Positions 1-7,732 of a stretch of 60,611 bases of DNA are shown here, piece by piece. Under the pieces are notes generated by a model, which saw nothing but the letters and a program-made list of their open reading frames with translations, ran no database searches and was not told the origin of the DNA. The position numbers and the translations under genes were made by a program. The DNA is from Candidatus Omnitrophota bacterium (GTDB taxonomy: Bacteria; Omnitrophota; Gorgyraeia; Gygaellales; Profunditerraquicolaceae), in the NCBI GenBank assembly GCA_026387355.1, contig JAPLLW010000012.1:1-60611 (forward strand), written 5' to 3'. Position 1 is the first letter of the stretch. Each line of letters starts with the position of its first letter.

Positions 1-2
1 AT

Positions 3-290
3 TTATCCCGGGGTGCAAATTTCAAAAGAGGAGCGACCAGAGTTAAGGGACAGCATATGGTCAGTAATTCTGGATTTACCCCTGTTGTCCAACCGAACAT
101 GAAGCAAGCAATCGATAATGCTATCGAGAGTGTCCCAGGGGCCGTTGCCCTTCTCGATGGAGTTATCTCGCAAAGGATCGCCCCTTTTAAGACAGGATAT
201 GTTGTAGAAGGAACGCCGCTCATCGACCTGAACCTTTTGACCGATACGATCCCTACGCCGGTTAATCAATCTTCGCCGAAGTCAAAGTAA
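3..290 (+). CDS. 3' end of an unidentified gene, 5'-truncated by the window edge
   Basis: Frame is open from the window edge to TAA at 288-290, and an intrinsic terminator follows on the same strand at 362-397. No family recognised. A competing antisense ORF lies at 3..269. Confidence 0.3.
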   Translation, partial: LSRGANFKRGATRVKGQHMVSNSGFTPVVQPNMKQAIDNAIESVPGAVALLDGVISQRIAPFKTGYVVEGTPLIDLNLLTDTIPTPVNQSSPKSK

Positions 291-361
291 ATGCACATCA
301 GGTGTTTAAAAGTTCTGAACCAGAGGTAAATAGACTTATTTATAATCTGTGTCATTTCTAC

Positions 362-397
362 AAAGGGCTGGACTTAAAACGTTTCAGCCCTTTTTCT
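362..397 (+). terminator. Rho-independent terminator
   Basis: GGGCTG (365-370) pairs with CAGCCC (385-390), followed by TTTTT. Preceded by TATAATCTGT (341-350). The same module recurs at 15076-15124. Confidence 0.7.
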
Positions 398-570
398 TGT
401 AAAATGGCTAGAGAGATATAGCCTTCTAAGGAGGGGGGTCAAGCGGATTTAAACTCTATCTCTAATAAGCCCAATTTCTCAATATTTACCCATATTACCC
501 ATATAATTAGCCTGTTAGTATTAAGAGATATAGTTATAGAGTATGCTGACCTGGGTAAATAATGCAAGAG

Positions 571-603
571 ACCTGCTATAAAAGGCGGGTTTTTTGTTGC
601 CTT
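571..603 (+). repeat. 33-nt direct repeat, copy 1 (hairpin + T-run + TTGCCT)
   Basis: ACCTGCTATAAAAGGCGGGTTTTTTGTTGCCTT matches 7651-7683 at 31 of 33 positions. ACCTGC/GCGGGT form a stem (one G-U pair) followed by T6. Confidence 0.8.
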
Positions 604-624
604 CTTAGTCACCTGTGTTAAAAT
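597..624 (+). promoter_or_regulatory. Putative sigma70-type promoter for the 661 gene
   Basis: TTGCCT (597-602), 16-nt spacer, TAAAAT (619-624). The -35 lies inside the direct repeat. Confidence 0.4.
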
Positions 625-660
625 ATAATGTAGTAGTATTTAATTTAAGGAGGGAACACA

Positions 661-1508
661 TGAATAATCTTAAAAAGATGCAGGATTTAGCTTTAAAGTT
701 AATACTTTTTCTAGTGTGGTTTGATTTCATGTGTTTCGCAATTATTATTACAGCAAATATTCTTAATTGGTCGTTTTTCAATTCAAAAATAGCAAGTGCT
801 TTTTTTACTGTATTTGGTATAAGCTTAGGTTCACTCGCAGCACTTACTGCCCTTCATGTAGTTCTGACCTTATCTATTATTTCTAATTCTATAAGTTTTT
901 TAGTAAAAGAAAAAGAAATTACTGATGAAACGATAATCAAGAGAGATAAAAGGAATTTTGGAAAGTTAATTTTAACTTCTATTGCGATAATATTATTGGT
1001 TGTTGGATATCAGGGAATTATTGAAAGAAATGTGGCTAAGAATAAGGTTAAAAAAGTAGAGATTCAAGTAAGAAATATGGCTCAATCGGTTTTGGTTACT
1101 AGGTTAGTTGATTTAGTCCAAAACGATGATAAAGTTAAGAAGCTGTATTTTCTTAGAGATGAAATACTGCTTTCTTCAGAAGAATATAGGAGTATATCCC
1201 TATTAATCCCTAGGGCGGGGGAACAGGGCCAAGTCTTTTATGAGATAACTCCATGGGATTACGATAATAAAGATGAGACAAGTATATCTAAAGCCTTGAA
1301 GAAAGTATTCGTTCCTTACGAAGAAGAGCGGAAGAAGTTTAATAAAATGCTTAAAACGCATGAGCCGTTTGTTGTAGTAAATAGCTATGCTATTAAAGCT
1401 TATTATCCAATAGTTAGGGATGGTAAAATAAAATTGATAATATTGTTAGATACAAGCCGTAATATTGATAGCGGCTATCTTATGTCTCGTGGTAAATTTA
1501 GTTCTTAA
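661..1508 (+). CDS. Hypothetical membrane protein (N-terminal TM helices plus soluble C-terminal domain)
   Basis: ATG at 661 follows AAGGAGGG (648-655). The track's upstream start at 615 lies within the predicted promoter. Hydrophobic N-terminus; no family recognised. Confidence 0.6.
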
Positions 1509-1535
1509 CAATTTACGAAATTTTTTACAAATACA

Positions 1536-1579
1536 GAAAGGAGGCAGTTTAAAGTAACGCTAAAAGTCATTTAAAGTTC
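1536..1579 (+). repeat. Junction repeat, head-only copy (c0)
   Basis: GAAAGGAGGCAGTTTAAAGTAACGCTAAAAGTCATTTAAAGTTC aligns with the 5' parts of the 1835 and 2905 copies. It begins 28 nt after the stop codon. Confidence 0.7.
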
Positions 1580-1616
1580 TGCTCATGATCTTGTAGTCAG
1601 TAGCTAGGGAGGTAAG

Positions 1617-1805
1617 ATGGAAAAGTTAGCATTATTAATTTCAGGTATTATTTTTCTTATAGTTTCTATTTTGCATTTATTAAGAGCACTTTCTAATATA
1701 GAAGTAAAAATAGGAAGTTATATATTGCCAAAATGGTTAAGTTTTTTAGGGTTCATATTCCCTTTTCTATTATCTTTGTGGTTGTTCAAACTTGTTAGGG
1801 GCTAA
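1617..1805 (+). CDS. Small two-TM membrane protein
   Basis: 62-aa ORF preceded by GGGAGG. Two hydrophobic segments. Confidence 0.5.
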   Translation: MEKLALLISGIIFLIVSILHLLRALSNIEVKIGSYILPKWLSFLGFIFPFLLSLWLFKLVRG

Positions 1806-1834
1806 TTTATATAATTAGTGTTAAAGTCAATAAT

Positions 1835-1969
1835 GAAAGGAGGCGGCTTAAAGTAGATTTAAAAGTCGTCTAAAGTTCGGTCTTCCGTTTTCCCGCTCAC
1901 CAACTTTTATATTCAAGCGGATTTCGCCACAAAACATAAAGTAATTGGGGTAGCTCAAAATCGGGCTCC
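1835..1969 (+). repeat. Junction repeat, full copy (c1)
   Basis: The core 1860-1966 (107 nt) differs from 2931-3037 at a single position (1890 T vs 2961 C). The head GAAAGGAGGCGGCTTAAAGTA is shared with c0, c2 and c3. Confidence 0.9.
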
Positions 1970-2086
1970 CGCAACCAACTCTCTATGTAAGTATAATACT
2001 TGCGTAGGGTTTTTGTTTGTTTACATCTTAAAATTTGTGGTAAAATAAACTACCGGGTGGTTTTAATTAGAATAAGGAGGGAAGAT

Positions 2087-2461
2087 ATGAAGAAAATCTT
2101 AGTTGTTGATGACGAAAAAGACATAAGGGATTTAATTAAAGAAGCACTTACGAAAGAGAAGTTCTCTGTAATTACCGTTTCAAGTGGTGAAGAGGCCATT
2201 GTTTTAGCTAAAACAGATAAACCCCATCTAATATTGTTGGACATCGCTATGCCAGGAATGGATGGTTATATTACCTGCGAGGAGTTGCAGAAAGATTCAA
2301 AAACCAGAAATATTCCTGTATTATTTCTTACTGGAAAAGATTTAGATGAGCAAAGTATAATTGGACATTGCCAAAATCTTTGTGCCGCAGGATATGTATC
2401 TAAAACATCTTCGCTGAAAGATTTATTAGAAAAAGTTAAAGAAGCTTTATTCAGGTCTTAA
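2087..2461 (+). CDS. Single-domain response regulator (CheY-like receiver)
   Basis: MKKILVVDDEKD..LILLDIAMPGMDG..KP-type receiver motifs. ATG at 2087 follows AAGGAGGG. The track's start at 2000 is an upstream extension. Confidence 0.85.
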   Translation: MKKILVVDDEKDIRDLIKEALTKEKFSVITVSSGEEAIVLAKTDKPHLILLDIAMPGMDGYITCEELQKDSKTRNIPVLFLTGKDLDEQSIIGHCQNLCAAGYVSKTSSLKDLLEKVKEALFRS

Positions 2462-2470
2462 AAACGGTAA

Positions 2471-2872
2471 TTGGTGCTGGAAGCAGTGGAGAAGGAGGAA
2501 GTGTTGGAGAATAAAAGAACTGCTTGGGTAATTGTATTTACAGTATTATACTTTTCACTTGCCATATATTATTCTTTTATCTTTTTAATGGATTTCAAGG
2601 CGGTTATTACCGGAGATTTGTCAAATACAGTTACAATTACTGATGACCAAAGATTTAATTATTTGTTCGTATTAGTTTGTGATTTAATAGCTTTAGTTAA
2701 GACAGTTCTGTATATAATAAGTGCTATTTTGCTGGTAAAATTAAGGAAGTGGGGTTACAGAATAGCTTTCCTATGTTTATGTGTTCCGATTATCCCTGAG
2801 TTTGAGTTACCAGTCTTAATTTTTAATATAATTTACTTCATTCGGCCTAAAGTAAGACAACAATTCAAGTAA
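2471..2872 (+). CDS. Hypothetical membrane protein
   Basis: Hydrophobic 133-aa ORF. The true start may be GTG/TTG near 2503-2506, after GAAGGAGGA. Confidence 0.5.
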   Translation: MVLEAVEKEEVLENKRTAWVIVFTVLYFSLAIYYSFIFLMDFKAVITGDLSNTVTITDDQRFNYLFVLVCDLIALVKTVLYIISAILLVKLRKWGYRIAFLCLCVPIIPEFELPVLIFNIIYFIRPKVRQQFK

Positions 2873-2904
2873 CGTCGCCTACCTTAAAAACGGTAACCAA
2901 ACAA

Positions 2905-3040
2905 GAAAGTAGGTGGTTTAAAAGTAATACTAAAAGTCGTCTAAAGTTCGGTCTTCCGTTCTCCCGCTCACCAACTTTTATATTCAAGCGGATTTCGCCA
3001 CAAAACATAAAGTAATTGGGGTAGCTCAAAATCGGGCCCC
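2905..3040 (+). repeat. Junction repeat, full copy (c2)
   Basis: Core 2931-3037 is near-identical to 1860-1966. Followed by the 12-bp palindrome GCGCGTACGCGC (3064-3075). Confidence 0.9.
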
Positions 3041-3125
3041 ATCTAGAGAAGAAGGTAGTACCTGCGCGTACGCGCTTACGTATCTTTCCGCCTACTAAAT
3101 CGCCTGAAATTTTACATGAATTTTA

Positions 3126-3175
3126 TTGACGAAATAAAATAATATGTTAAAATTGTTATGCACATATGTTCATAA
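3126..3175 (+). promoter_or_regulatory. Putative promoter plus palindromic operator of the ars operon
   Basis: TTGACG (3126-3131), 16-nt spacer, TAAAAT (3148-3153). A 20-bp near-perfect palindrome TTATGCACATATGTTCATAA (3156-3175) lies immediately downstream. Confidence 0.5.
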
Positions 3176-3190
3176 CTAAGTGAGGATATT

Positions 3191-3487
3191 TTGAGGCCTA
3201 AGAAGACCAGATGGGTAGAGTGTGTTCCGGGCGAGAGGTGTTTTAAACCGCTTTGTAAACCTTTAAGCAAGTTGGAAGTAGTATCTTTAACTCTTGATGA
3301 GTTTGAAGCTGTTCGTCTTGCTTGTCTTGAAGGTTTAAAGCAGGTTGATGCCGCAAAACTTCTTAAGATTTCCCGGCCGACTTTTTCTAGAATTATTTCA
3401 TCTGCACATAGAAAAATAGCTGATGGCTTGGTTAATATTAAGGCGATCAGGATCGAAGGCGGTTGTTGTAAAATTAAAAGGAGGTAA
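3191..3487 (+). CDS. DUF134-family predicted DNA-binding protein (candidate operon regulator)
   Basis: TTG start after GTGAGGA. The N-terminus MRPKKTRWVECVPG..FKP and the HTH-like segment EFEAVRLACLEGLKQVDAAKLLKISRPTFSRI are typical of DUF134 as I recall it. Confidence 0.7.
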   Translation: MRPKKTRWVECVPGERCFKPLCKPLSKLEVVSLTLDEFEAVRLACLEGLKQVDAAKLLKISRPTFSRIISSAHRKIADGLVNIKAIRIEGGCCKIKRR

Positions 3488-3489
3488 TA

Positions 3490-3642
3490 ATGGAAGGCAA
3501 GTCAGGAGAAAAAAAGTCAAGCAAAGGATTCTTTTCGCGGATCTTTGATAAATTGGATAAGAAGATGGAAGAAAAGGCTAAATCCAGTTCCTGTTGTTGC
3601 AAGAGCGATGATAAGGAAGGCAAGAAATCATGCTGCAGTTAA
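3490..3642 (+). CDS. 50-aa Lys/Ser-rich micro-protein with CCC and CC motifs (not in the ORF track)
   Basis: ATG at 3490 lies 5 nt after AGGAGG. It translates to MEGKSGEKKSSKGFFSRIFDKLDKKMEEKAKSSSCCCKSDDKEGKKSCCS and overlaps the arsP-like start by 13 nt. Confidence 0.5.
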   Translation: MEGKSGEKKSSKGFFSRIFDKLDKKMEEKAKSSSCCCKSDDKEGKKSCCS

Positions 3643-4592
3643 TTGTTGATTGGTTTGTTTATGGGGTATTAAAATTACCGACTCAATCAAAATTAGCAGG
3701 AGTGGTTAATTTCTTCTTGTATGATTCAATAAAGATTACATTATTGTTTTTTGTATTGATAACCGTTATTGGTTTTTTAAGGACATTCCTGCCACAACGT
3801 AAAATCAAAGAATGGTTAAGTAAAAGCAAAGGATTCGGAAATTTATTTGCATCTATATTTGGTGCAGTTACGCCTTTTTGTTCCTGTTCATCAATTCCAA
3901 TCTTTTTTAGTTTTATTGAGGCGCAAATACCATTAGGGATAGCGTTTTCCTTCCTTATTACATCCCCCATTATAAATGAATATTTGGTAGTTTTGATGTT
4001 CGGATTCTTTGGTTGGAAGATTACGCTGGCTTATATTACCAGTGGTATTATTATCGGTGTAGTTTCAGGGCTTATTTTAGGAAAGATGCATTTAGAAAAA
4101 TATATTGTGCAGGATATGGTTACTCCGGATAGCGATATTTTTGATAAAAGGATAAAATATCAAGGGTTTAAGGATAGATTGGGCTTTGGTGTTAATGAGG
4201 CGTTATCAATTGTAAAGAAGCTTTGGATTTGGGTGTTAGTTGGCGTTGGTATTGGAGCTGTGATCCATAATTACATACCTCAGGAAGCGGTTCAGAAATT
4301 AATCGGCAAAACAGGATTTTTCTCAGTGCCTATTGCTACTTTAATAGGTGTCCCATTGTATGGTAGTTGTGCTGCGATACTTCCTGTGGCAATAGTTTTA
4401 TTTCAGAAGGGTTTCCCCTTGGGTACGGCTTTAGCTTTTATGATGGCAGTTTCTGCGTTAAGCTTACCAGAAGCAATTATGCTAAGAAGAGTAATGAAGC
4501 TAAAATTAATAGCTATTTTTTTCGGTATAACTACCCTGGGCATTATAGTTACAGGTTATTTGTTTAATTTATTGCAAAAGATATTAGTTTAG
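3630..4592 (+). CDS. arsP: ArsP-like (DUF318) permease, candidate organoarsenical efflux
   Basis: 320-aa polytopic protein with TPFCSCSSIP, the vicinal Cys pair reported for ArsP. Sits in an operon with acr3. Confidence 0.7.
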   Translation: MLQLIVDWFVYGVLKLPTQSKLAGVVNFFLYDSIKITLLFFVLITVIGFLRTFLPQRKIKEWLSKSKGFGNLFASIFGAVTPFCSCSSIPIFFSFIEAQIPLGIAFSFLITSPIINEYLVVLMFGFFGWKITLAYITSGIIIGVVSGLILGKMHLEKYIVQDMVTPDSDIFDKRIKYQGFKDRLGFGVNEALSIVKKLWIWVLVGVGIGAVIHNYIPQEAVQKLIGKTGFFSVPIATLIGVPLYGSCAAILPVAIVLFQKGFPLGTALAFMMAVSALSLPEAIMLRRVMKLKLIAIFFGITTLGIIVTGYLFNLLQKILV

Positions 4593-4613
4593 ATAAGTAC
4601 AAAAGGAATTTGT

Positions 4614-5030
4614 ATGTATAAAAAATTATTTTTAATTATCTGTATCCTTGGATTTATTGTGGTTTCATATGCTGCAGAAAAGCCGTCGGCTGATAAAGTA
4701 TACGCTTATTATTTTCACGGCTCCATGCGTTGCCCTACTTGTTATAAGCTGGAACAGTATTCAAGGGAAGCCATAGAAACTAACTTTAAAGATGCGCTTG
4801 CCTCAGGAAAACTGGAGTTTAAAGTCGTCAATGTAGAGGATAGGGGTAATGAACATTATGGTAAAGATTATCAGCTTTATACCAAATCGCTTATCTTGTC
4901 TTTAGTCGAAAATGGCAAAGAAATTAAATGGAAGAATATGGATAAGATTTGGGAGTATGTCGGTAATAAGCAGAGATTTATTGATTATATAAAGAGCGAA
5001 GTAGCTAATTTTCTAAAGGAAACTAAATGA
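4614..5030 (+). CDS. Thioredoxin-like secreted/lipid-anchored protein, ArsF-like
   Basis: Signal peptide plus a CPTC (CxxC) motif. About 140 aa and translationally coupled to the next gene (ATGA overlap). The ArsF assignment is from memory of family naming. Confidence 0.55.
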   Translation: MYKKLFLIICILGFIVVSYAAEKPSADKVYAYYFHGSMRCPTCYKLEQYSREAIETNFKDALASGKLEFKVVNVEDRGNEHYGKDYQLYTKSLILSLVENGKEIKWKNMDKIWEYVGNKQRFIDYIKSEVANFLKETK

Positions 5031-5716
5031 CAGGGGTATTTATAGGATTTGCTTCAGCATTGTGGCTAGGTATATTAACTTCAATAAGCCCGTGTCCTTT
5101 GGCTAGTAATGTGGCCGCTATTTCGTTTCTATCTAAGAAAATAGCTCATCCGTTTTTTGTGTTCATCTCAGGACTGGCTTATACGCTTGGGCGCATGGCT
5201 TCTTATGCGATCTTGGGATGGATTATTATTAACTCTTTACTAAGCGTTCCGCAAGTCGCCCAGTTTTTACAGAAATACATGGGTAAGGCTCTGGGCCCAC
5301 TTTTAATTATTACAGGGCTTATGCTACTTGAAATAATTACTATTCGCTTGCCGGGAGTATCGCTTTCACAAAAGCATCATAATAAACTTGCAGAATCCGG
5401 GGCTCCGGGTGCATTTTTGCTTGGTTTTATTTTTGCTCTAGCATTTTGTCCTATTTCGGCAGCTTTATTTTTTGGTAGTCTTATCCCTTTAGCGATTAAC
5501 AGTAAAAGTGGCATTGTCCTACCATTTATTTACGGGATTGGTACAGGGTTACCGGTTCTTCTATTTGTTGTTGCTATTGCTTTGGGTGTGACATCTTTAA
5601 GTCATTGGTTTCATAGGATTACACGGCTCGAATACTACACTCGTAAAATTACCGGAGTCGTATTTATCCTTGTTGGTTTGTACTATACAGGAATATATAT
5701 TTTAAGATTATTTTAA
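5027..5716 (+). CDS. DsbD/CcdA-fold membrane protein, ArsG-like permease
   Basis: 229-aa six-TM-like protein with SISPCPLASN, a DsbD_2-type motif. Lies in the ars operon. Confidence 0.55.
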   Translation: MTGVFIGFASALWLGILTSISPCPLASNVAAISFLSKKIAHPFFVFISGLAYTLGRMASYAILGWIIINSLLSVPQVAQFLQKYMGKALGPLLIITGLMLLEIITIRLPGVSLSQKHHNKLAESGAPGAFLLGFIFALAFCPISAALFFGSLIPLAINSKSGIVLPFIYGIGTGLPVLLFVVAIALGVTSLSHWFHRITRLEYYTRKITGVVFILVGLYYTGIYILRLF

Positions 5717-5725
5717 GGTGAGCAA

Positions 5726-6535
5726 TTGGAAATAGACAAGAGTAAGCAGTATGAAATTATCGTTTTCCCGAATCAGGATGATGGCTTAAAAGCTCAGCGA
5801 GTTTTGCTTTCTAAATGCGCAGATTTTAAACATATTTCTACATTGGCGGTAGTTGTTCCTGAAGAGCATAAAGAGGCAGCGTGCCGAGCCATTATTGATG
5901 AAGATGTGCTGGTTAGCGGACATTATCCGTTTTTGTATCGTGATTATGAAGAAGATTTCTTCAAAAAAGCCCATGAATATAAGGCCTCAGAATCAAGCGG
6001 CGAATTCTTAAAGAGTATTACGTTATGTTATGTGGCACCTTGTATGGCTGATGAGAAAAAGATACGGCTAATTGGGTATTTCGATAGAGATATAACAGAG
6101 ATTTTACCTTATCTAAACGCTGTCATTAAAGGTGGATCATATAATAAGGGCGCATCGATTTTGACTTATGCGAAAGAGCGCCGCCTTATTAATTTGTACA
6201 ATATAAAAATTACCATTGCCAAGGCGGATGACATTATTGATGCGTGGGTGATATTGGATGAAGTTAAGAAGTTGGTAAGTAATACATACTCAAACCGTGA
6301 TACCATAAAACCGAACTATGAAGAAAAAGTTAAAGTAACCGCCTTGCAGATTTATGGTTGGCTTCCTAAGACTAATTGCCGTGCATGTGGAGAAGCAACG
6401 TGCCTTGCGTTCGCATGTAGGCTTTTATTGGGTGAGCAGAAGCTTTCAAGGTGTGTTCCTTTGTCAACGGAATCAAAATTCGTAGAGAATAAAAAGATCA
6501 TGCAGGAAATGGCAGAAGCATTGGGCGTTGCGTGA
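5726..6535 (+). CDS. Fe-S cluster domain protein, possibly ArsE-like
   Basis: TTG start after AAGGTGAG. C-terminal [26 protein letters not shown] resembles the PF04060-type putative Fe-S domain. Confidence 0.45.
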   Translation: MEIDKSKQYEIIVFPNQDDGLKAQRVLLSKCADFKHISTLAVVVPEEHKEAACRAIIDEDVLVSGHYPFLYRDYEEDFFKKAHEYKASESSGEFLKSITLCYVAPCMADEKKIRLIGYFDRDITEILPYLNAVIKGGSYNKGASILTYAKERRLINLYNIKITIAKADDIIDAWVILDEVKKLVSNTYSNRDTIKPNYEEKVKVTALQIYGWLPKTNCRACGEATCLAFACRLLLGEQKLSRCVPLSTESKFVENKKIMQEMAEALGVA

Positions 6536-6557
6536 TGAAGATAATGGAGGGATAGGT

Positions 6558-7601
6558 ATGAGTGAAGGTATTGTTAAAAAATTATCGTTCTTGGATAGGT
6601 TTCTGACGTTATGGATATTCTTGGCTATGGGAATAGGAGTTTTCTCTGGATATGCCTATCCACAGATTGTAAACTTCTGGAATAGGTTCCAGGTTGGAAC
6701 AACCAATATCCCAATTGCCATAGGCCTTATCCTGATGATGTATCCTCCTTTGGCAAAGGTAAAATACGAAGAGATGGGGAGTGTTTTTCGTAACACAAAA
6801 GTATTAGTACTTACGCTTATTCAGAACTGGATAATTGGGCCAGTGCTTATGTTTATTTTGGCCGTTGTATTTTTGCGGGGATATCCTGAATACATGGCAG
6901 GGTTAATTATGATTGGGCTTGCCCGATGCATTGCTATGGTTATTGTTTGGAATGAATTAGCAAAAGGAGATACGGAATATTGTGCAGGTTTAGTTGCCTT
7001 TAATTCCATATTCCAAGTATTGTTTTATTCAGTTTATGCTTGGATTTTTATTACAGTATTACCAACATGGTTCGGGCTTAAAGGGTCAATAGTGCGCATC
7101 TCGATTGGTCAGATCGCTTGGAGTGTGTTTATATATTTAGGGATACCGTTTATTGCTGGGATTATCAGTCGTTTTAGTTTAATTAGACTTAAAGGAAAGA
7201 ATTGGTATGAGAAGAAGTTTATTTCACGTATTAGTCCTTTGACGCTTATCGCGCTTCTTTTCACCATTCTGGTTATGTTTTCCTTTAAGGGCGAATATAT
7301 TGTTAAGATTCCGCTTGATGTAGTGCGCATAGCGATTCCGCTTGTTATTTATTTCATAGTTATGTTCTTAGTTTCTTTTTATATGGGGAGGAAAACGGGA
7401 GCGGATTATTCAAAGACAGCTACTCTATCCTTTACGGCAGCAAGCAATAATTTTGAGCTAGCGATTGCAGTAGCAGTTGCTGTTTTTGGCATAAATTCAG
7501 GAGCGGCATTTGCGGCTGTAATAGGGCCATTAGTAGAAGTCCCAGTGCTTATAAGCCTTGTTAGCGTTTCTCTGTATTTTAAAAGAAAGTATTTTAACTA
7601 A
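6558..7601 (+). CDS. acr3: Arsenite efflux transporter, ACR3 family
   Basis: [16 protein letters not shown]-terminus and GLARCIAMV with the conserved Cys; 10-TM-like profile. ATG at 6558 follows GGAGGG. Confidence 0.9.
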   Translation: MSEGIVKKLSFLDRFLTLWIFLAMGIGVFSGYAYPQIVNFWNRFQVGTTNIPIAIGLILMMYPPLAKVKYEEMGSVFRNTKVLVLTLIQNWIIGPVLMFILAVVFLRGYPEYMAGLIMIGLARCIAMVIVWNELAKGDTEYCAGLVAFNSIFQVLFYSVYAWIFITVLPTWFGLKGSIVRISIGQIAWSVFIYLGIPFIAGIISRFSLIRLKGKNWYEKKFISRISPLTLIALLFTILVMFSFKGEYIVKIPLDVVRIAIPLVIYFIVMFLVSFYMGRKTGADYSKTATLSFTAASNNFELAIAVAVAVFGINSGAAFAAVIGPLVEVPVLISLVSVSLYFKRKYFN

Positions 7602-7604
7602 TAT

Positions 7605-7634
7605 AAGGGAAGCGGTTTAAGGTAGCACTAAAAT
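7605..7634 (+). repeat. Junction repeat, degenerate head-only copy (c3)
   Basis: AAGGGAAGCGGTTTAAGGTAGCACTAAAAT aligns with the heads of c0-c2. It starts 4 nt after the acr3 stop. Confidence 0.5.
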
Positions 7635-7650
7635 ATGGCATACACGATCG

Positions 7651-7683
7651 ACCCGCTACAAAAGGCGGGTTTTTTGTTGCCTT
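7651..7683 (+). repeat. 33-nt direct repeat, copy 2 (terminator + TTGCCT)
   Basis: ACCCGCTACAAAAGGCGGGTTTTTTGTTGCCTT. Perfect ACCCGC/GCGGGT stem plus T6; 31 of 33 positions match 571-603. Confidence 0.85.
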
Positions 7684-7705
7684 ATAGTTATTCTGGGGTT
7701 ATAAT
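7677..7705 (+). promoter_or_regulatory. Putative promoter of the 7733-15031 operon
   Basis: TTGCCT (7677-7682), 17-nt spacer, TATAAT (7700-7705). Confidence 0.5.
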
Positions 7706-7732
7706 TAGTGGCAAAAGTAATGGAGAGTGAAA

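Noticed and set aside
3-269. Minus-strand 88-aa ORF at the window start
   Set aside because: The + strand frame is open to the window edge and is followed by a + strand terminator. Neither ORF has recognisable homology, so only the + strand option is listed, at low confidence.
1852-1941. Minus-strand micro-ORF inside the junction repeat (MFCGEIRLNIKVGERENGRPNFRRLL...)
   Set aside because: There is no Shine-Dalgarno sequence. The two copies end differently (29 vs 47 aa). A single synonymous difference is not meaningful evidence.
1944-1975. tRNA or tRNA fragment (GGGGTAGCTCAAAATCGGGC)
   Set aside because: Only an acceptor/D-arm-like string is present. No anticodon arm, T-arm (GTTCRANYC) or CCA-compatible 3' end follows, so it is not a tRNA gene.
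2000-2086. Upstream extension of the receiver gene, and likewise 615-660, 6528-6557, 15298-15318 and 18148-18165
   Set aside because: Internal ATG codons with good Shine-Dalgarno sequences match the family N-termini or signal peptides. The extensions overlap promoters or upstream genes.
1835-3040. Integron attC sites / gene cassette array
   Set aside because: Not confirmed. I could not find the R''(RYYYAAC)...R'(GTTRRRY) boundary motifs or a strong end-to-end palindrome, and no intI-like gene is visible. It is kept as a hypothesis in findings, not annotated as an integron.
3064-3075. GCGCGTACGCGC palindrome as an ArsR-type operator
   Set aside because: It lies about 50 nt upstream of the predicted -35 and no arsR gene is present. 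It is noted only as part of the repeat flank.
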